From IMG/VR virus record IMGVR_UViG_3300032335_000777, positions 32,001-96,000 of that record: a stretch of DNA of 64,000 bases; one strand, given 5' to 3'. This document shows positions 27,026-36,977 of the stretch, in pieces. The position numbers and the translations under genes are program-made. The notes beneath the pieces were generated by a model that made no database searches, was not told where the DNA came from, and saw only the letters and a program-made list of their open reading frames with translations. This stretch comes from a virus. Its lineage: Duplodnaviria; Caudoviricetes. How positions within the stretch are numbered: position 1 is the stretch's first letter; each line of letters starts with the position of its first letter.

Positions 27026-30000
27026 TCAATTGTATTTATCCAGCCAGTTATCCTTGTCTGGGTTATTTGTAAAGTTAAGTAATTGATTTAATTTTTTCAT
27101 TGGTTGAGCATCTAATTGATTGATTCCCAATTTAGCAACAGGAAACTCTGTCACTTTCTTACCCTTGAATTTATAATTCTTTCCTGGCTTCATTAGCTTA
27201 GTGTCACCAGTGTCAGACACACCAAGAAGGGGTTCGTACACTCCTTGCATTGTTATGTTATTAGAATCTATTTCTACAGGCTTTCCCCAGTTGTCTGGAT
27301 TCCAATATCCTCGATTATCTTTGGTCACTCCACCATTTTTAAAATTAGTATCGAAATCATAATCAGAAAAATCAAAATCAATAGTTTGTGGAGGACTAGA
27401 AATAGGAGCATTAGAAGATGCATCATAGACAGATCTTTTAACACCAAGTCTGTCTGCTATTGAATTTTTATTTAAATAGTCTTGAATTGCTTTATTTGTT
27501 GAACCTTTGGATATAGCAAACTTTGGTAATATTAAGCTATTAGCATATTCACTTTTGTTTATATAGGGTTTAGGAAGAGATTGTCCAGAAATACCTTCCA
27601 GCTCCTTAACTATTTGAGAAAGTTCAGATCTTACTAATTCAGGATTATTTATTCTGTCAGCAAATCCAAGTTCATTAGATTTGTCAAATCCAATAAGTCT
27701 TAGTTTTGAATCAGGATTATTTTTTAATTCACGGGCCATCATGTTAAGTGCCAATGGATAACTATCAGCTGATAAACTACGTGCTGGAAACATTACTCCA
27801 TCTGGATTTTCATCGATGAATCTTGAAGCTTGACGAAGCATACTTCCCACATTATATCTGTCAGCAAACAAAGATGGCATTAGCTCATAAGCACCAGTTG
27901 AATTTGGTATTTGTGGAATAGTTGAAGCTGATGGAAGTCTTAAATTAGCATAAGTATCTATTATCTTATCACCAATATTTTTGTAAAATGGATATGAATA
28001 AAATTCATCACCCTCATCGCCCCATCCATAAGAATCTACATATAGTTTATTATCTACTTTTTTCAATGCTGGACGTTGTGACCATTCTATATCAGCAGTA
28101 GTAGGGTCTACTCTATTTGTAGAAATATTTGTATAGTTTGGAGAAAAATCTGATACTTTTCCTAAATTAGGATATGTTCGAAAATTTTCAAGTGCTGATA
28201 GTACATCTCCAGTAATTAGCTCTTCCGCCATTCGATTATTACTAAAAGAAGATATTGTATTAGAATAGCGTAATGCTAAATCTGGGTTGTTCCTTAATGT
28301 TTCTAAAGCAACTTTATTAGCTCCTTGTTTTTTTAGATTACTAATAAAATCATCGAGCTTAAAATCTGATAGCGTCTTTAGTTTATCATTTATAGAATTT
28401 AATTTATTTCTGACATCTGTTATACCAAGTGATTCAATTTCTTTAGCTTTTGCGCTAAGTTTTGTATATTTTTCACGAAGTGGACCTAATTCATTAAGAT
28501 TTGGATTTCTTAATTTTGATTCTAATTCAGCAATTTCTTTACCAAAGTTTCTAACATCTTTAACCTTATCAATATCTCTCAATGCAGGAACATCTGCCAC
28601 TGCAAGTTTTTCTAATTGTCTAGTGCGATCAATCTCCTTTATTGCATCTAATGTTTCATTTGTAACATTTGATATACTTTTAAGATGTGGGGCAACTGCT
28701 TTTCCAGCTGCAATTCCAATTGGTTTTGCAATTGGTGCTGTCATTAGAGGAACTAAACTAAATGTATCTAATGTATTAAATGTTCCTTCTAGATTTTGTT
28801 GATTAAATAATTCCTCTTTCGTAATTGGATTATATCCACCAAGTGATCCATACCCAGTTGGCGAAAATGCAGCAGCTCCAGTAATACCAAGATCCAATAA
28901 AGTTTTACCTGCACCTTTTAGATTTTTAACAGGATCACCTGCAAATCTTATGGTGCCTGGAACTCCAGTTACTTCTGATGCAACTTCTTGAACAGTTCTA
29001 TAAGGTGTTGATATATCTTTAGCAGTTTGTCCTATCTTACCAGTTGTTGCAATTGCTCTAATACCTCTTCCTATTGGACCTTCATCATTGATATATTTTT
29101 TTTGTTCAGGAGAAAGAGTTTGATAAAATGGATATTGTTGATCGTAAGGAGTTATGGTGACCTCAGGAAGTGGTTGACCTTCATATATTTCTTCTCCACC
29201 ATTCTGCATACTCTTTGGTTTCCAATCCAATCCATTCTGATAGAATCGCATTTCTCCACCATTCTGCTTCTTTTGTAAATCCATAGATGGCATTCCTGCA
29301 TATCTTCCAAATTGACCTACACTAGCTGGAGGTGCTGTAGGAAAGAAGGGAACATCAGAATATTGTTGAATAGCTTGTGTAGCATCTGTACCACGACCCA
29401 TGTAGGGTATAGACTGTAAAATATTAGATATAAGACTTGCATTAGTTTTTAGTCTTTTGTTTGCATAGCCAGCAGTAAGTAATGGTCCTAAAAGTTTACC
29501 TGCTGTACCTACCTTTCCTAGAGGTAATGCTCCAAATATTTCAAGTTCTGTTTGAGGAGACATTCCAGTTTCTTGATATGATTTGTAAACATCATCCCAA
29601 GAACTCATTCCACTTGGATCAATTATTTCAAATATATTTTCTAAAGTAGAATCAACATTGCTTGCTGTTTTATTCTTTTGAACGCCTTTTCCATTCTGTG
29701 CAGAAGCCATTGTCTTCTTTGCATACTTTCCTTTACTAGGAGCAGAACCAGCTGTACGTGCGTATGTGAATCCTACAGAACCAGGAATAGACATACCACC
29801 CATTGCCATTGGTAATTCTTCTTCGTCTGCTTTAGCAATAGTGTTCATTAAGTTGACAAAGTTTTTCTTACCCACTCTGTTTTCTAATCTTTTGAAAACT
29901 CTGTCTTTCCCCAAATTTTGTTTTGCTTTTTCAAAATCTGATTCTGTAAACTTTTGCCCCTTTGTAATATCATAAATGCCTTTATCATACATTGTAAAAC

Positions 30001-30742
30001 GAAGAGCATCTAAATCAGCTTTAAGTTCTTTTGGTTTTTGTGAATGCATGAAGTCTTCAAGAGCTCTTTTACTAGCTTCTCTCTGTTGAGAACCTTGTGG
30101 ACCAGATAGAACAGGTTCTTTCATAGGAAGCATTGACTTCTTGAATATCTCTTGCTCTCTAGCACTCATTACGCCTGGACGTGTAGTTCCTTCACTCTCC
30201 ATTGCACCAGCAATGTGTGCAAGCTCATGAGCTTCTACCATACCTCTATTTGTATCAATGTAGTCTAGTGGATTGATATTAACTGTAGAAGAACTTCCAT
30301 AAACTCCAGGTCTTGATTCAGATGGTTGTCTTGTGCTATATGTAATTGGATCAATATTCTGTAAACTCTCTAGTCTAATTTGTCTAGAAGCTGCTGCACT
30401 TGGAACACTTAAAGATTCATCTTTAGCAGATGGGGAGTATCCTGTAAGAAGTTGTCTTCTTGCATATTCAGGACTTTGAATCCATGATTGATAAAACTCT
30501 ACAGGATCTTTTGTTTGTAAATATGGAACAGTTGGAGAAATAACAGAAGGTGCTTGTCCAGTGATTTGTTCCATTGGTGAAACTGGAATAAGATTGCCAC
30601 CTCTTTGAAACTGTCCTCCCCATGCAGGAGAATAGTTTCTTCCTTTAGTGTTATATCCTAGTCCAACAAAGCCTTCAGAAAAGCTAACGTTTGAATCATT
30701 AGCGTTTTCTGCTTTCCCAAAGTTATCTAACCATCCTTTCAT
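27026..30742 (-). CDS. Modular virion/cargo protein with HExxH metallopeptidase domain (1238 aa)
   Basis: AHELAH at 30215-30229 with downstream PKELKAD (candidate third ligand). Modules are delimited by QRGG, AMGG, QNGG and KNGG. Confidence 0.6.
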   Translation of the reverse strand: MKGWLDNFGKAENANDSNVSFSEGFVGLGYNTKGRNYSPAWGGQFQRGGNLIPVSPMEQITGQAPSVISPTVPYLQTKDPVEFYQSWIQSPEYARRQLLTGYSPSAKDESLSVPSAAASRQIRLESLQNIDPITYSTRQPSESRPGVYGSSSTVNINPLDYIDTNRGMVEAHELAHIAGAMESEGTTRPGVMSAREQEIFKKSMLPMKEPVLSGPQGSQQREASKRALEDFMHSQKPKELKADLDALRFTMYDKGIYDITKGQKFTESDFEKAKQNLGKDRVFKRLENRVGKKNFVNLMNTIAKADEEELPMAMGGMSIPGSVGFTYARTAGSAPSKGKYAKKTMASAQNGKGVQKNKTASNVDSTLENIFEIIDPSGMSSWDDVYKSYQETGMSPQTELEIFGALPLGKVGTAGKLLGPLLTAGYANKRLKTNASLISNILQSIPYMGRGTDATQAIQQYSDVPFFPTAPPASVGQFGRYAGMPSMDLQKKQNGGEMRFYQNGLDWKPKSMQNGGEEIYEGQPLPEVTITPYDQQYPFYQTLSPEQKKYINDEGPIGRGIRAIATTGKIGQTAKDISTPYRTVQEVASEVTGVPGTIRFAGDPVKNLKGAGKTLLDLGITGAAAFSPTGYGSLGGYNPITKEELFNQQNLEGTFNTLDTFSLVPLMTAPIAKPIGIAAGKAVAPHLKSISNVTNETLDAIKEIDRTRQLEKLAVADVPALRDIDKVKDVRNFGKEIAELESKLRNPNLNELGPLREKYTKLSAKAKEIESLGITDVRNKLNSINDKLKTLSDFKLDDFISNLKKQGANKVALETLRNNPDLALRYSNTISSFSNNRMAEELITGDVLSALENFRTYPNLGKVSDFSPNYTNISTNRVDPTTADIEWSQRPALKKVDNKLYVDSYGWGDEGDEFYSYPFYKNIGDKIIDTYANLRLPSASTIPQIPNSTGAYELMPSLFADRYNVGSMLRQASRFIDENPDGVMFPARSLSADSYPLALNMMARELKNNPDSKLRLIGFDKSNELGFADRINNPELVRSELSQIVKELEGISGQSLPKPYINKSEYANSLILPKFAISKGSTNKAIQDYLNKNSIADRLGVKRSVYDASSNAPISSPPQTIDFDFSDYDFDTNFKNGGVTKDNRGYWNPDNWGKPVEIDSNNITMQGVYEPLLGVSDTGDTKLMKPGKNYKFKGKKVTEFPVAKLGINQLDAQPMKKLNQLLNFTNNPDKDNWLDKYN

Positions 30743-30743
30743 A

Positions 30744-31610
30744 TTACTTGTAACTTATTTGTGCTGCTCCAATAATGAATTGTGAAACTAAATGAGCATC
30801 TGATTTATTATCAAGAATGTGTCTGATTTTCAATTCTTTAGCTCTGAGAGGTTCTTTCTTAAATGATCTTGATCCATAGTCCATGTTGATTTGATTCACT
30901 TCTTTATCAAGAGAAAGTGATTGACATGTTCTGACAAAGAGTGGTATGCTCTTGTCCTTCACTACAGACCAGAATGTATTGTACTGATAGAAGTTATCAC
31001 TCTTGGTAAATGTAATAGTCTTGCTTTCAGCATTTAATATAGGATATTGTAAGTAGGATTTCAAATTGTTTATTGGTTTTGGCACAAGCTCAAGCACACC
31101 TGTTGATTGTTGTCCATTGTAAAGAACAGCTTTATTAAACCATGCATTGTCAAGTTCTATTCTTGATACATCATTTGACACACCATAAGGATCACTAAAG
31201 TATTTGTACACCTTGGTATAGTCTTTTACATTCTGAAGAATCTCATCTTGGTATTGATATGCAAAAGGATATTCAATAATATATGGTTCTATGTTTCCGT
31301 AGAATATATTATATATTGTATGGTTATTAAGATGTCTCCATACACAAGCTGTCTGAATAGTTTCTAAAGGAGTATTTTGATATTGATTTTCTGTAATGGT
31401 AGTGACAGGGAATGATTTTTGGTACGCACACTTTCCTTCAGATGTAATTGTAATCAAATCAACACTATCATCTACAATGAAACTAATGCCTGTAGTCACT
31501 TGTGAAAGTGTTACACCAGAGGCAATAACATTCCCAAACGCATCTGTGATGGTGAAAGGCCCTGCGTTAGGGCCTGTCTTTGTTAGCTTTATAGTGATTG
31601 TCTTTGACAT
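30744..31610 (-). CDS. C-terminal part of tail muzzle/stabilization protein with an added small beta-rich N-terminal domain (288 aa)
   Basis: VWRH...YNIFYG...PYIIEYP...FNKAVLYNGQQSTG...PLRAK resembles the C-terminus of crAss-like muzzle proteins. Starts 13 nt after the stop of the 1782-aa gene. Confidence 0.55.
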   Translation of the reverse strand: MSKTITIKLTKTGPNAGPFTITDAFGNVIASGVTLSQVTTGISFIVDDSVDLITITSEGKCAYQKSFPVTTITENQYQNTPLETIQTACVWRHLNNHTIYNIFYGNIEPYIIEYPFAYQYQDEILQNVKDYTKVYKYFSDPYGVSNDVSRIELDNAWFNKAVLYNGQQSTGVLELVPKPINNLKSYLQYPILNAESKTITFTKSDNFYQYNTFWSVVKDKSIPLFVRTCQSLSLDKEVNQINMDYGSRSFKKEPLRAKELKIRHILDNKSDAHLVSQFIIGAAQISYK

Positions 31611-31623
31611 GTTATTTATTTAA

Positions 31624-34600
31624 TTACGAAGGTCCCTCAGTTGTAGTAGTTGTAGTAGTTGGTGGAGGGGAGCAATCACATTGTGGATCAAGACAACCAA
31701 CACCTTGAGATAAGAATCCACAATCATCACTTATAACTTCAGTGACACATGCAGTGAAGCATAGTCCTTGATCTTCAGAAGGTATGTTGTAAGTTATAGT
31801 TACACCATTTTCATTCTTGTATACAAATGTGCAACCACCAAATGGAGCTGATGTTAATATGTAACATTCAGATGGTATTTGAGTAGTTGATGTAGTTACT
31901 GTTGTACTTGTAGTTGTAGTGGTAATTGGATTTTGAGTGGTAGTTGTTGTAGTCGTGGTAGGTCCCTGAGTAGTTGTAGTTGTTGTAGTCGAAGGTGGAG
32001 TTGTGGTAGTTGTTGTGGTTGTAGTTCCACAAGTTCCAGCCAACACTTGAGTTATTTCATTTGTATAGTTTGTGTGTGTATTTGATTGCAAATAATACAA
32101 AGTACTCAAATTACCATTTATATAATAGAAGCCATTTGCATAATTTGTAAATGACCAGAATGGTTGAGGATTGGTGGTATTACAATTTACATCTACATCG
32201 TATATCAAGAATGTATATTGAAGAGTAGTAGTTGTAGTTGTAGTTGTGGTAGGAATGCCTGTAGTGGTAGTTGTACTAGTTGAGCTAGTTGTTGTAGTTG
32301 TAGTTGGTGGTATAGCTGTAGTTGTTGTAGTGGTTGTAGAACTTGTCGTACTAGTAGTTGACGTAGTGCTAGTGGTTGACGTAGATGTTGTACTAGTGGT
32401 CGTACTAGTAGTTGATGTGGACGTGGAGGTTGTAGAAGTTGTAGAAGTTGATGTCGTACTTGTTGATGTTGTAGTGGTAGTAGTTGGATTAGGAACCAAT
32501 GTTCCCACTAAGAAATCAAACTCTTCACAGCAATTATTTTGTCCAGAATAGAAGAAGTTATTCTCTGCAATATAGAAGTTTGGAAGATAGCTGTGGAAGC
32601 TTATCCAACTCTTTGTATTCATGTTGAAAGACAATGTCCATGATACATTGCAGAAGTATTCTTCATCACTAAGACTAACATCTTGTCTTATGGTTAGACC
32701 ATTAACAACATTATTGATGTAGAAACTTTGTTCCACTGGATCATATAGAATGTTATTTGACTTTGGTGCATAATCAAGTTTTGTAATAATCACTCTATCA
32801 TACACAGCATCATACACACCATGTAGTCCTATTCCCTTGAAGTGATTGTCAATTTTCACATCTGGGAAGTTATTATCAATCATGAATGGTAGATGCTCAA
32901 CAAAGAATCTGTTCATTCCTGATCCAAACCCAGACAAGTCAGTCACTTGTGTTCCCTGAATCAAGAACACTTGTCCTCTCTTTGCATCTATTGTAATTTG
33001 ACCTTGAGGAATCTTTAGAAGCATCTTGTGTTGACTTCCTACATATCCAAGATCAGTTTCAGCAAAGTCAATTGGAGGAGCACCTCTAAATAATAATGGA
33101 TTACCTACATAAGCAGCTTGAGGGTTGCTTGTGTCGATAGTCAATAGATTATTGTATAATAATGACTTATTGTCAAATCTGGCTAGAATAGCTTTGTTTT
33201 GTATACCATCTAAGCTTACAAGATTTCCATAGTTCTGTGGGAAATCAAAGTAAGAAATAGCTCTATAGATAAGCCAGTTGTTTATTCTATTGTCAGCATC
33301 AATGTTCTGGGCATCAGAATAGATTGTTCTGAATGGATAGTTTGTAAAACAAAGTCTTGCTTCCCAATCAGGAGGCAAATGAGTGAACGTATTCTCTTTG
33401 TTTTGCTTAGAGAATGTGGTGTTATAGAAGTAGGTGTTGTCTTGTGCAATAGGCACAAAACTTTCCTGAACCCAATCATCTGGAATGTCTGTACTAACAT
33501 GTGGCCAGAATTCTCCTTCTCTATTGTTGAATGCTTGTCTTAAATCAAGGTTGTAAGAACTCTCGCAATAGAAGTTTGGAATACCATAGGCAAACAGATA
33601 GAAGTAACCATCATAATATGTAATGGTTGAGCTTGGTGTCACTGCTCCAGATCCACCTGGAGGGAATGTTGTACTACTAGTAGTGGTGGTGGATGTAGAT
33701 ATAATCACATCTGTTCCCACTTCATTAGGACAGTCAAAGTTATGTGCTTTGTAAGAAATGATGTTTGCCATCACTCCTTGTCCAGGAATGCTGTAGTTCT
33801 CGAGAATTGATCTTGCAGAGTGCCAGTATCTAGGATAGGCAACATTACCTATCTCATCATAGAAGATGTCACTATCATCTGGAGCATTCACTCTATTGTC
33901 AATAAAGAATGGAAGCTTTGTTTTGAATGCGAACCTGCTAATAAATGTATCACCACCAAACACTGTAGTGGTTGGATTAGGTGAGTTAATTATGTATTGA
34001 TAACCTGTATCAATTGTTTCGTATGAATAGATTTGTCCCCACTGATTGATGATTATATCTTTCAGTGATGCATAATATGAAACAACCTGTATAGGTTCTT
34101 CTTTAGCTGGTGTTGAGCAGTTTCCTATTTCTGAAATAGTGAATCTTGATCTGTCTGAAACAATACTTGTTATTCCAGAAAGCATGTTTGGACTCTGGTT
34201 AGGATAGGGAAGAGCTGTAGTGTCTATGTTTGTTTTTACAAAAACAGAGCTTTCTCTGTTCCAGTTGTTGATTGGAAGATCATCACCAAGAGCTTGTACA
34301 CCTGGGATTAAGTATCTAGATATATCAAGTTCTCTTTGTTTGATTCCTTGATTATCAGGAACACCTACACCATAGTTATAATCAGCAATAGAATTAAATG
34401 AGTATGCGTAGTTTCTTCTAGTGATACCATTAACGTAGATGGTCAAATAAGACTGATATGCAGTGAACATGGCTGTCGCACTGAATGGTGTAGTGATACC
34501 TCCAAGTCTAGCAGAACTATCAAGAGCAGCCTTCTGTGCAGCTTCAGTGAGCAGTTTGTATTTGGCATTATCCCTCACCTCTACAAAGTGAGCTTTACCT

Positions 34601-36972
34601 GCACCAAACATTACACTTTCTAGCTTAAGAATGTCTGCTAGGAATGGTTGACCAAATGATGTCTCTGGAGAGTTGAAGACTTGTCTATATCTGTTCTCAT
34701 CAGTGAAACCATCAAGTAGTGTTGTACCACCACAACTTAATGCTGATCTCACTTGTGATATAAGGTTTATTTGAGCATCTGCACAACTTGCTGTACATAT
34801 TACTGCTGTACCAGCAACCACCTCAACAATGTCAGCTGTGTCACCAACACTTAAAATTGTTGGACCTAAGAATCTGTCATCATAAGATGCTGTGAATGTA
34901 GCACCTAGAGGAGCATCCAATTCATAAACATCATAGTTAGCATATCCTACATCACCTCCACCAATAATTATTGTTGGTCTACCAACAGCACAAAGCTCAT
35001 CATCCTGTATAGAAGTGTAATCCTTGTAAACAATTTTGTTGTTCTCACAAGAATAATATTGAATTCTAGCTAATGGAACACCAGTGACTGGATCAGTTCC
35101 TAGGCTAGTGATGAATATATTAAATGGCTCACACTGACCTTGGTAAGCATTGTTTGTTGTTGTAAGAAATGGATCGTCATTAAGATCGTTGTAAGGATAG
35201 TTGGGGAAATAGAACGATTGATCTTCTCTTTGATATTCACCAACGTTTCTAAGAATACCTTTAGCTACAATAGACTTGTTAACACTTCTATCACCACGTA
35301 CAATTTTAAATCCTACAATGTCAGCTTTCTGATCATCTGTAAGATTTGATACCTGAATTAAATTTAGTATTTGTGAAGGATCAAGTTTTACACCAATAGG
35401 AAAAACAGCATCATTTCCCATCACCATTGTTTGTGGTGTGGAGAAGATTTTACTTTCGTAAATAGGTGAGATGTTTACATCTGGGAACTTGTGGTGTCTG
35501 ATTTTTTGTCCTGCAAGACTTCCCCACACGTCTGTGTTGCATGGGTATTCTTCAGCAGATTCCCAATAGGCAAATTCCCCAAATTGATATGGTCCCTTGT
35601 AAGAAACATTTGTTGAATATTCTGGAGAGAATCCTGTGACAGAAGCTGTGTTATAAATCTTCCAATACGGTGCATCATGCGTTAATGGGTCTGGTTGTCC
35701 TATAAAATCTGGATCTGTATCAGGAATATTTGGTAGTAATTGTTCGTACGCTGTAATAGCTTTTCCTGGAATATGGAAACCATCTGTCTGCTTTCCATTC
35801 TTTAAAAGAAAAACTATCTCAAAAGCATACACTTCATCACGAAGATATCCTCTTAGATTCGTTGCGTTTATTTCGTTTGCGTAGTTTTCTGTTGGAGGAA
35901 TTCTCCAAGTTTCCCATAGCAAATCAATATTATTAGCGATTTGTTGATAGTTGATTCTATCAATTGATGTTAACTGGTCCCATACAAGAACATCTTGCAC
36001 AGCCGTTAGGTCTTGAGCAATCTCATAGAATGGAAACTTCTCAAAGATGTCAGCAATGTCAAGAACAATTGTTGATTGACCTGTGTATGTAATCTGTCTA
36101 ATACTATTGTTAATAAAGTATGTACCAACAAGATCAACAGATGTTACACCATTGATTGTCTTGATTACAGCAAGATTAAAATATTCAAACTGTCCAGTTG
36201 TATCAAGGTTGTCAATGGTAACAACAATAGACTTTCCTACAGGGTAGTTAAAGTTAACTGATATAATAAACTCATCAGCGATAGGTGTAGGATTGGTAAC
36301 TGAGTAGTAGGATGTAAATGGGTTACCAGCTGGATCAGAGTATTGAACAGCAAACTGATATGTACCAGCAATAAGATTTCCACCACTAACAACATCAGTG
36401 ATTACTATCTCAGGAATATTAAAATTAGGCTGTAGCTTAAGTTGATTACAATCAAGATCATCTGTATAGATTGGACTACAGAGAGGGCTTCCTGATCTAA
36501 GAATCTTAGGAATGTCATCAATGTCCAAATATCTTCTAGGATTGTAACCATCTGTCCAATAAATCTCTGTATTGCAGTTTGTGATTCTATGGACAACTTT
36601 ATGTATAGGATAATTGATATTGAAGTTTAAGCAAGGAGCATTTACCAACACTCTGTAAACACAATCATTATTATCCATGTAGCCAATCTGGCTATCTCCT
36701 GTTGTGGGATTTGTAACAAAGAATATATGTTTATTCTTTTCTATAATAAAGTGTTCACCTATAACAACAGATCCTTCAGGTACACGAATACAGAATTCGT
36801 TACCAGATTCGTTCTGATAGTTTACAGAATTAGAATCAAAGTTTTCAACAGCAGCGTTTAGAGCATAAGTTAGCCTCCCCTTTTGAATTTGATTCAGTGA
36901 CTGATCAAGATTCAATCCTGTAGTGGCATTGTTATACTCCTGTCTGACGTTACCTTCTCCTTGCTCAGCCAT
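31624..36972 (-). CDS. Tail muzzle/stabilization protein (1782 aa) with Thr-rich C-terminal extension
   Basis: Motifs GLNLD...YALNA, IYWTDGYNPRRY, GYLRDEVYAF, IRHHKFPD, FGGDTFISRF, DAKRGQVF, GVYDAVYDR and WTLSF...WISFHSY. Follows the ring-protein genes. Confidence 0.75.
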   Translation of the reverse strand: MAEQGEGNVRQEYNNATTGLNLDQSLNQIQKGRLTYALNAAVENFDSNSVNYQNESGNEFCIRVPEGSVVIGEHFIIEKNKHIFFVTNPTTGDSQIGYMDNNDCVYRVLVNAPCLNFNINYPIHKVVHRITNCNTEIYWTDGYNPRRYLDIDDIPKILRSGSPLCSPIYTDDLDCNQLKLQPNFNIPEIVITDVVSGGNLIAGTYQFAVQYSDPAGNPFTSYYSVTNPTPIADEFIISVNFNYPVGKSIVVTIDNLDTTGQFEYFNLAVIKTINGVTSVDLVGTYFINNSIRQITYTGQSTIVLDIADIFEKFPFYEIAQDLTAVQDVLVWDQLTSIDRINYQQIANNIDLLWETWRIPPTENYANEINATNLRGYLRDEVYAFEIVFLLKNGKQTDGFHIPGKAITAYEQLLPNIPDTDPDFIGQPDPLTHDAPYWKIYNTASVTGFSPEYSTNVSYKGPYQFGEFAYWESAEEYPCNTDVWGSLAGQKIRHHKFPDVNISPIYESKIFSTPQTMVMGNDAVFPIGVKLDPSQILNLIQVSNLTDDQKADIVGFKIVRGDRSVNKSIVAKGILRNVGEYQREDQSFYFPNYPYNDLNDDPFLTTTNNAYQGQCEPFNIFITSLGTDPVTGVPLARIQYYSCENNKIVYKDYTSIQDDELCAVGRPTIIIGGGDVGYANYDVYELDAPLGATFTASYDDRFLGPTILSVGDTADIVEVVAGTAVICTASCADAQINLISQVRSALSCGGTTLLDGFTDENRYRQVFNSPETSFGQPFLADILKLESVMFGAGKAHFVEVRDNAKYKLLTEAAQKAALDSSARLGGITTPFSATAMFTAYQSYLTIYVNGITRRNYAYSFNSIADYNYGVGVPDNQGIKQRELDISRYLIPGVQALGDDLPINNWNRESSVFVKTNIDTTALPYPNQSPNMLSGITSIVSDRSRFTISEIGNCSTPAKEEPIQVVSYYASLKDIIINQWGQIYSYETIDTGYQYIINSPNPTTTVFGGDTFISRFAFKTKLPFFIDNRVNAPDDSDIFYDEIGNVAYPRYWHSARSILENYSIPGQGVMANIISYKAHNFDCPNEVGTDVIISTSTTTTSSTTFPPGGSGAVTPSSTITYYDGYFYLFAYGIPNFYCESSYNLDLRQAFNNREGEFWPHVSTDIPDDWVQESFVPIAQDNTYFYNTTFSKQNKENTFTHLPPDWEARLCFTNYPFRTIYSDAQNIDADNRINNWLIYRAISYFDFPQNYGNLVSLDGIQNKAILARFDNKSLLYNNLLTIDTSNPQAAYVGNPLLFRGAPPIDFAETDLGYVGSQHKMLLKIPQGQITIDAKRGQVFLIQGTQVTDLSGFGSGMNRFFVEHLPFMIDNNFPDVKIDNHFKGIGLHGVYDAVYDRVIITKLDYAPKSNNILYDPVEQSFYINNVVNGLTIRQDVSLSDEEYFCNVSWTLSFNMNTKSWISFHSYLPNFYIAENNFFYSGQNNCCEEFDFLVGTLVPNPTTTTTTSTSTTSTSTTSTTSTSTSTTSTTTSTTSTSTTSTTSTTSTTSSTTTTTTTAIPPTTTTTTSSTSTTTTTGIPTTTTTTTTTLQYTFLIYDVDVNCNTTNPQPFWSFTNYANGFYYINGNLSTLYYLQSNTHTNYTNEITQVLAGTCGTTTTTTTTTPPSTTTTTTTQGPTTTTTTTTQNPITTTTTSTTVTTSTTQIPSECYILTSAPFGGCTFVYKNENGVTITYNIPSEDQGLCFTACVTEVISDDCGFLSQGVGCLDPQCDCSPPPTTTTTTTEGPS
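31640..32490 (-). repeat. Poly-Thr/Ser (ACN-rich) low-complexity coding tracts
   Basis: Several runs such as TTTTTTSTSTTSTS..., separated by small Cys-containing domains. Confidence 0.9.
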
Positions 36973-36977
36973 AGGTA

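Noticed and set aside
32246-32551. Poly-Val plus-strand ORF (also 39616-39903 and 42054-42239)
   Set aside because: Antisense reading of the poly-Thr codons.
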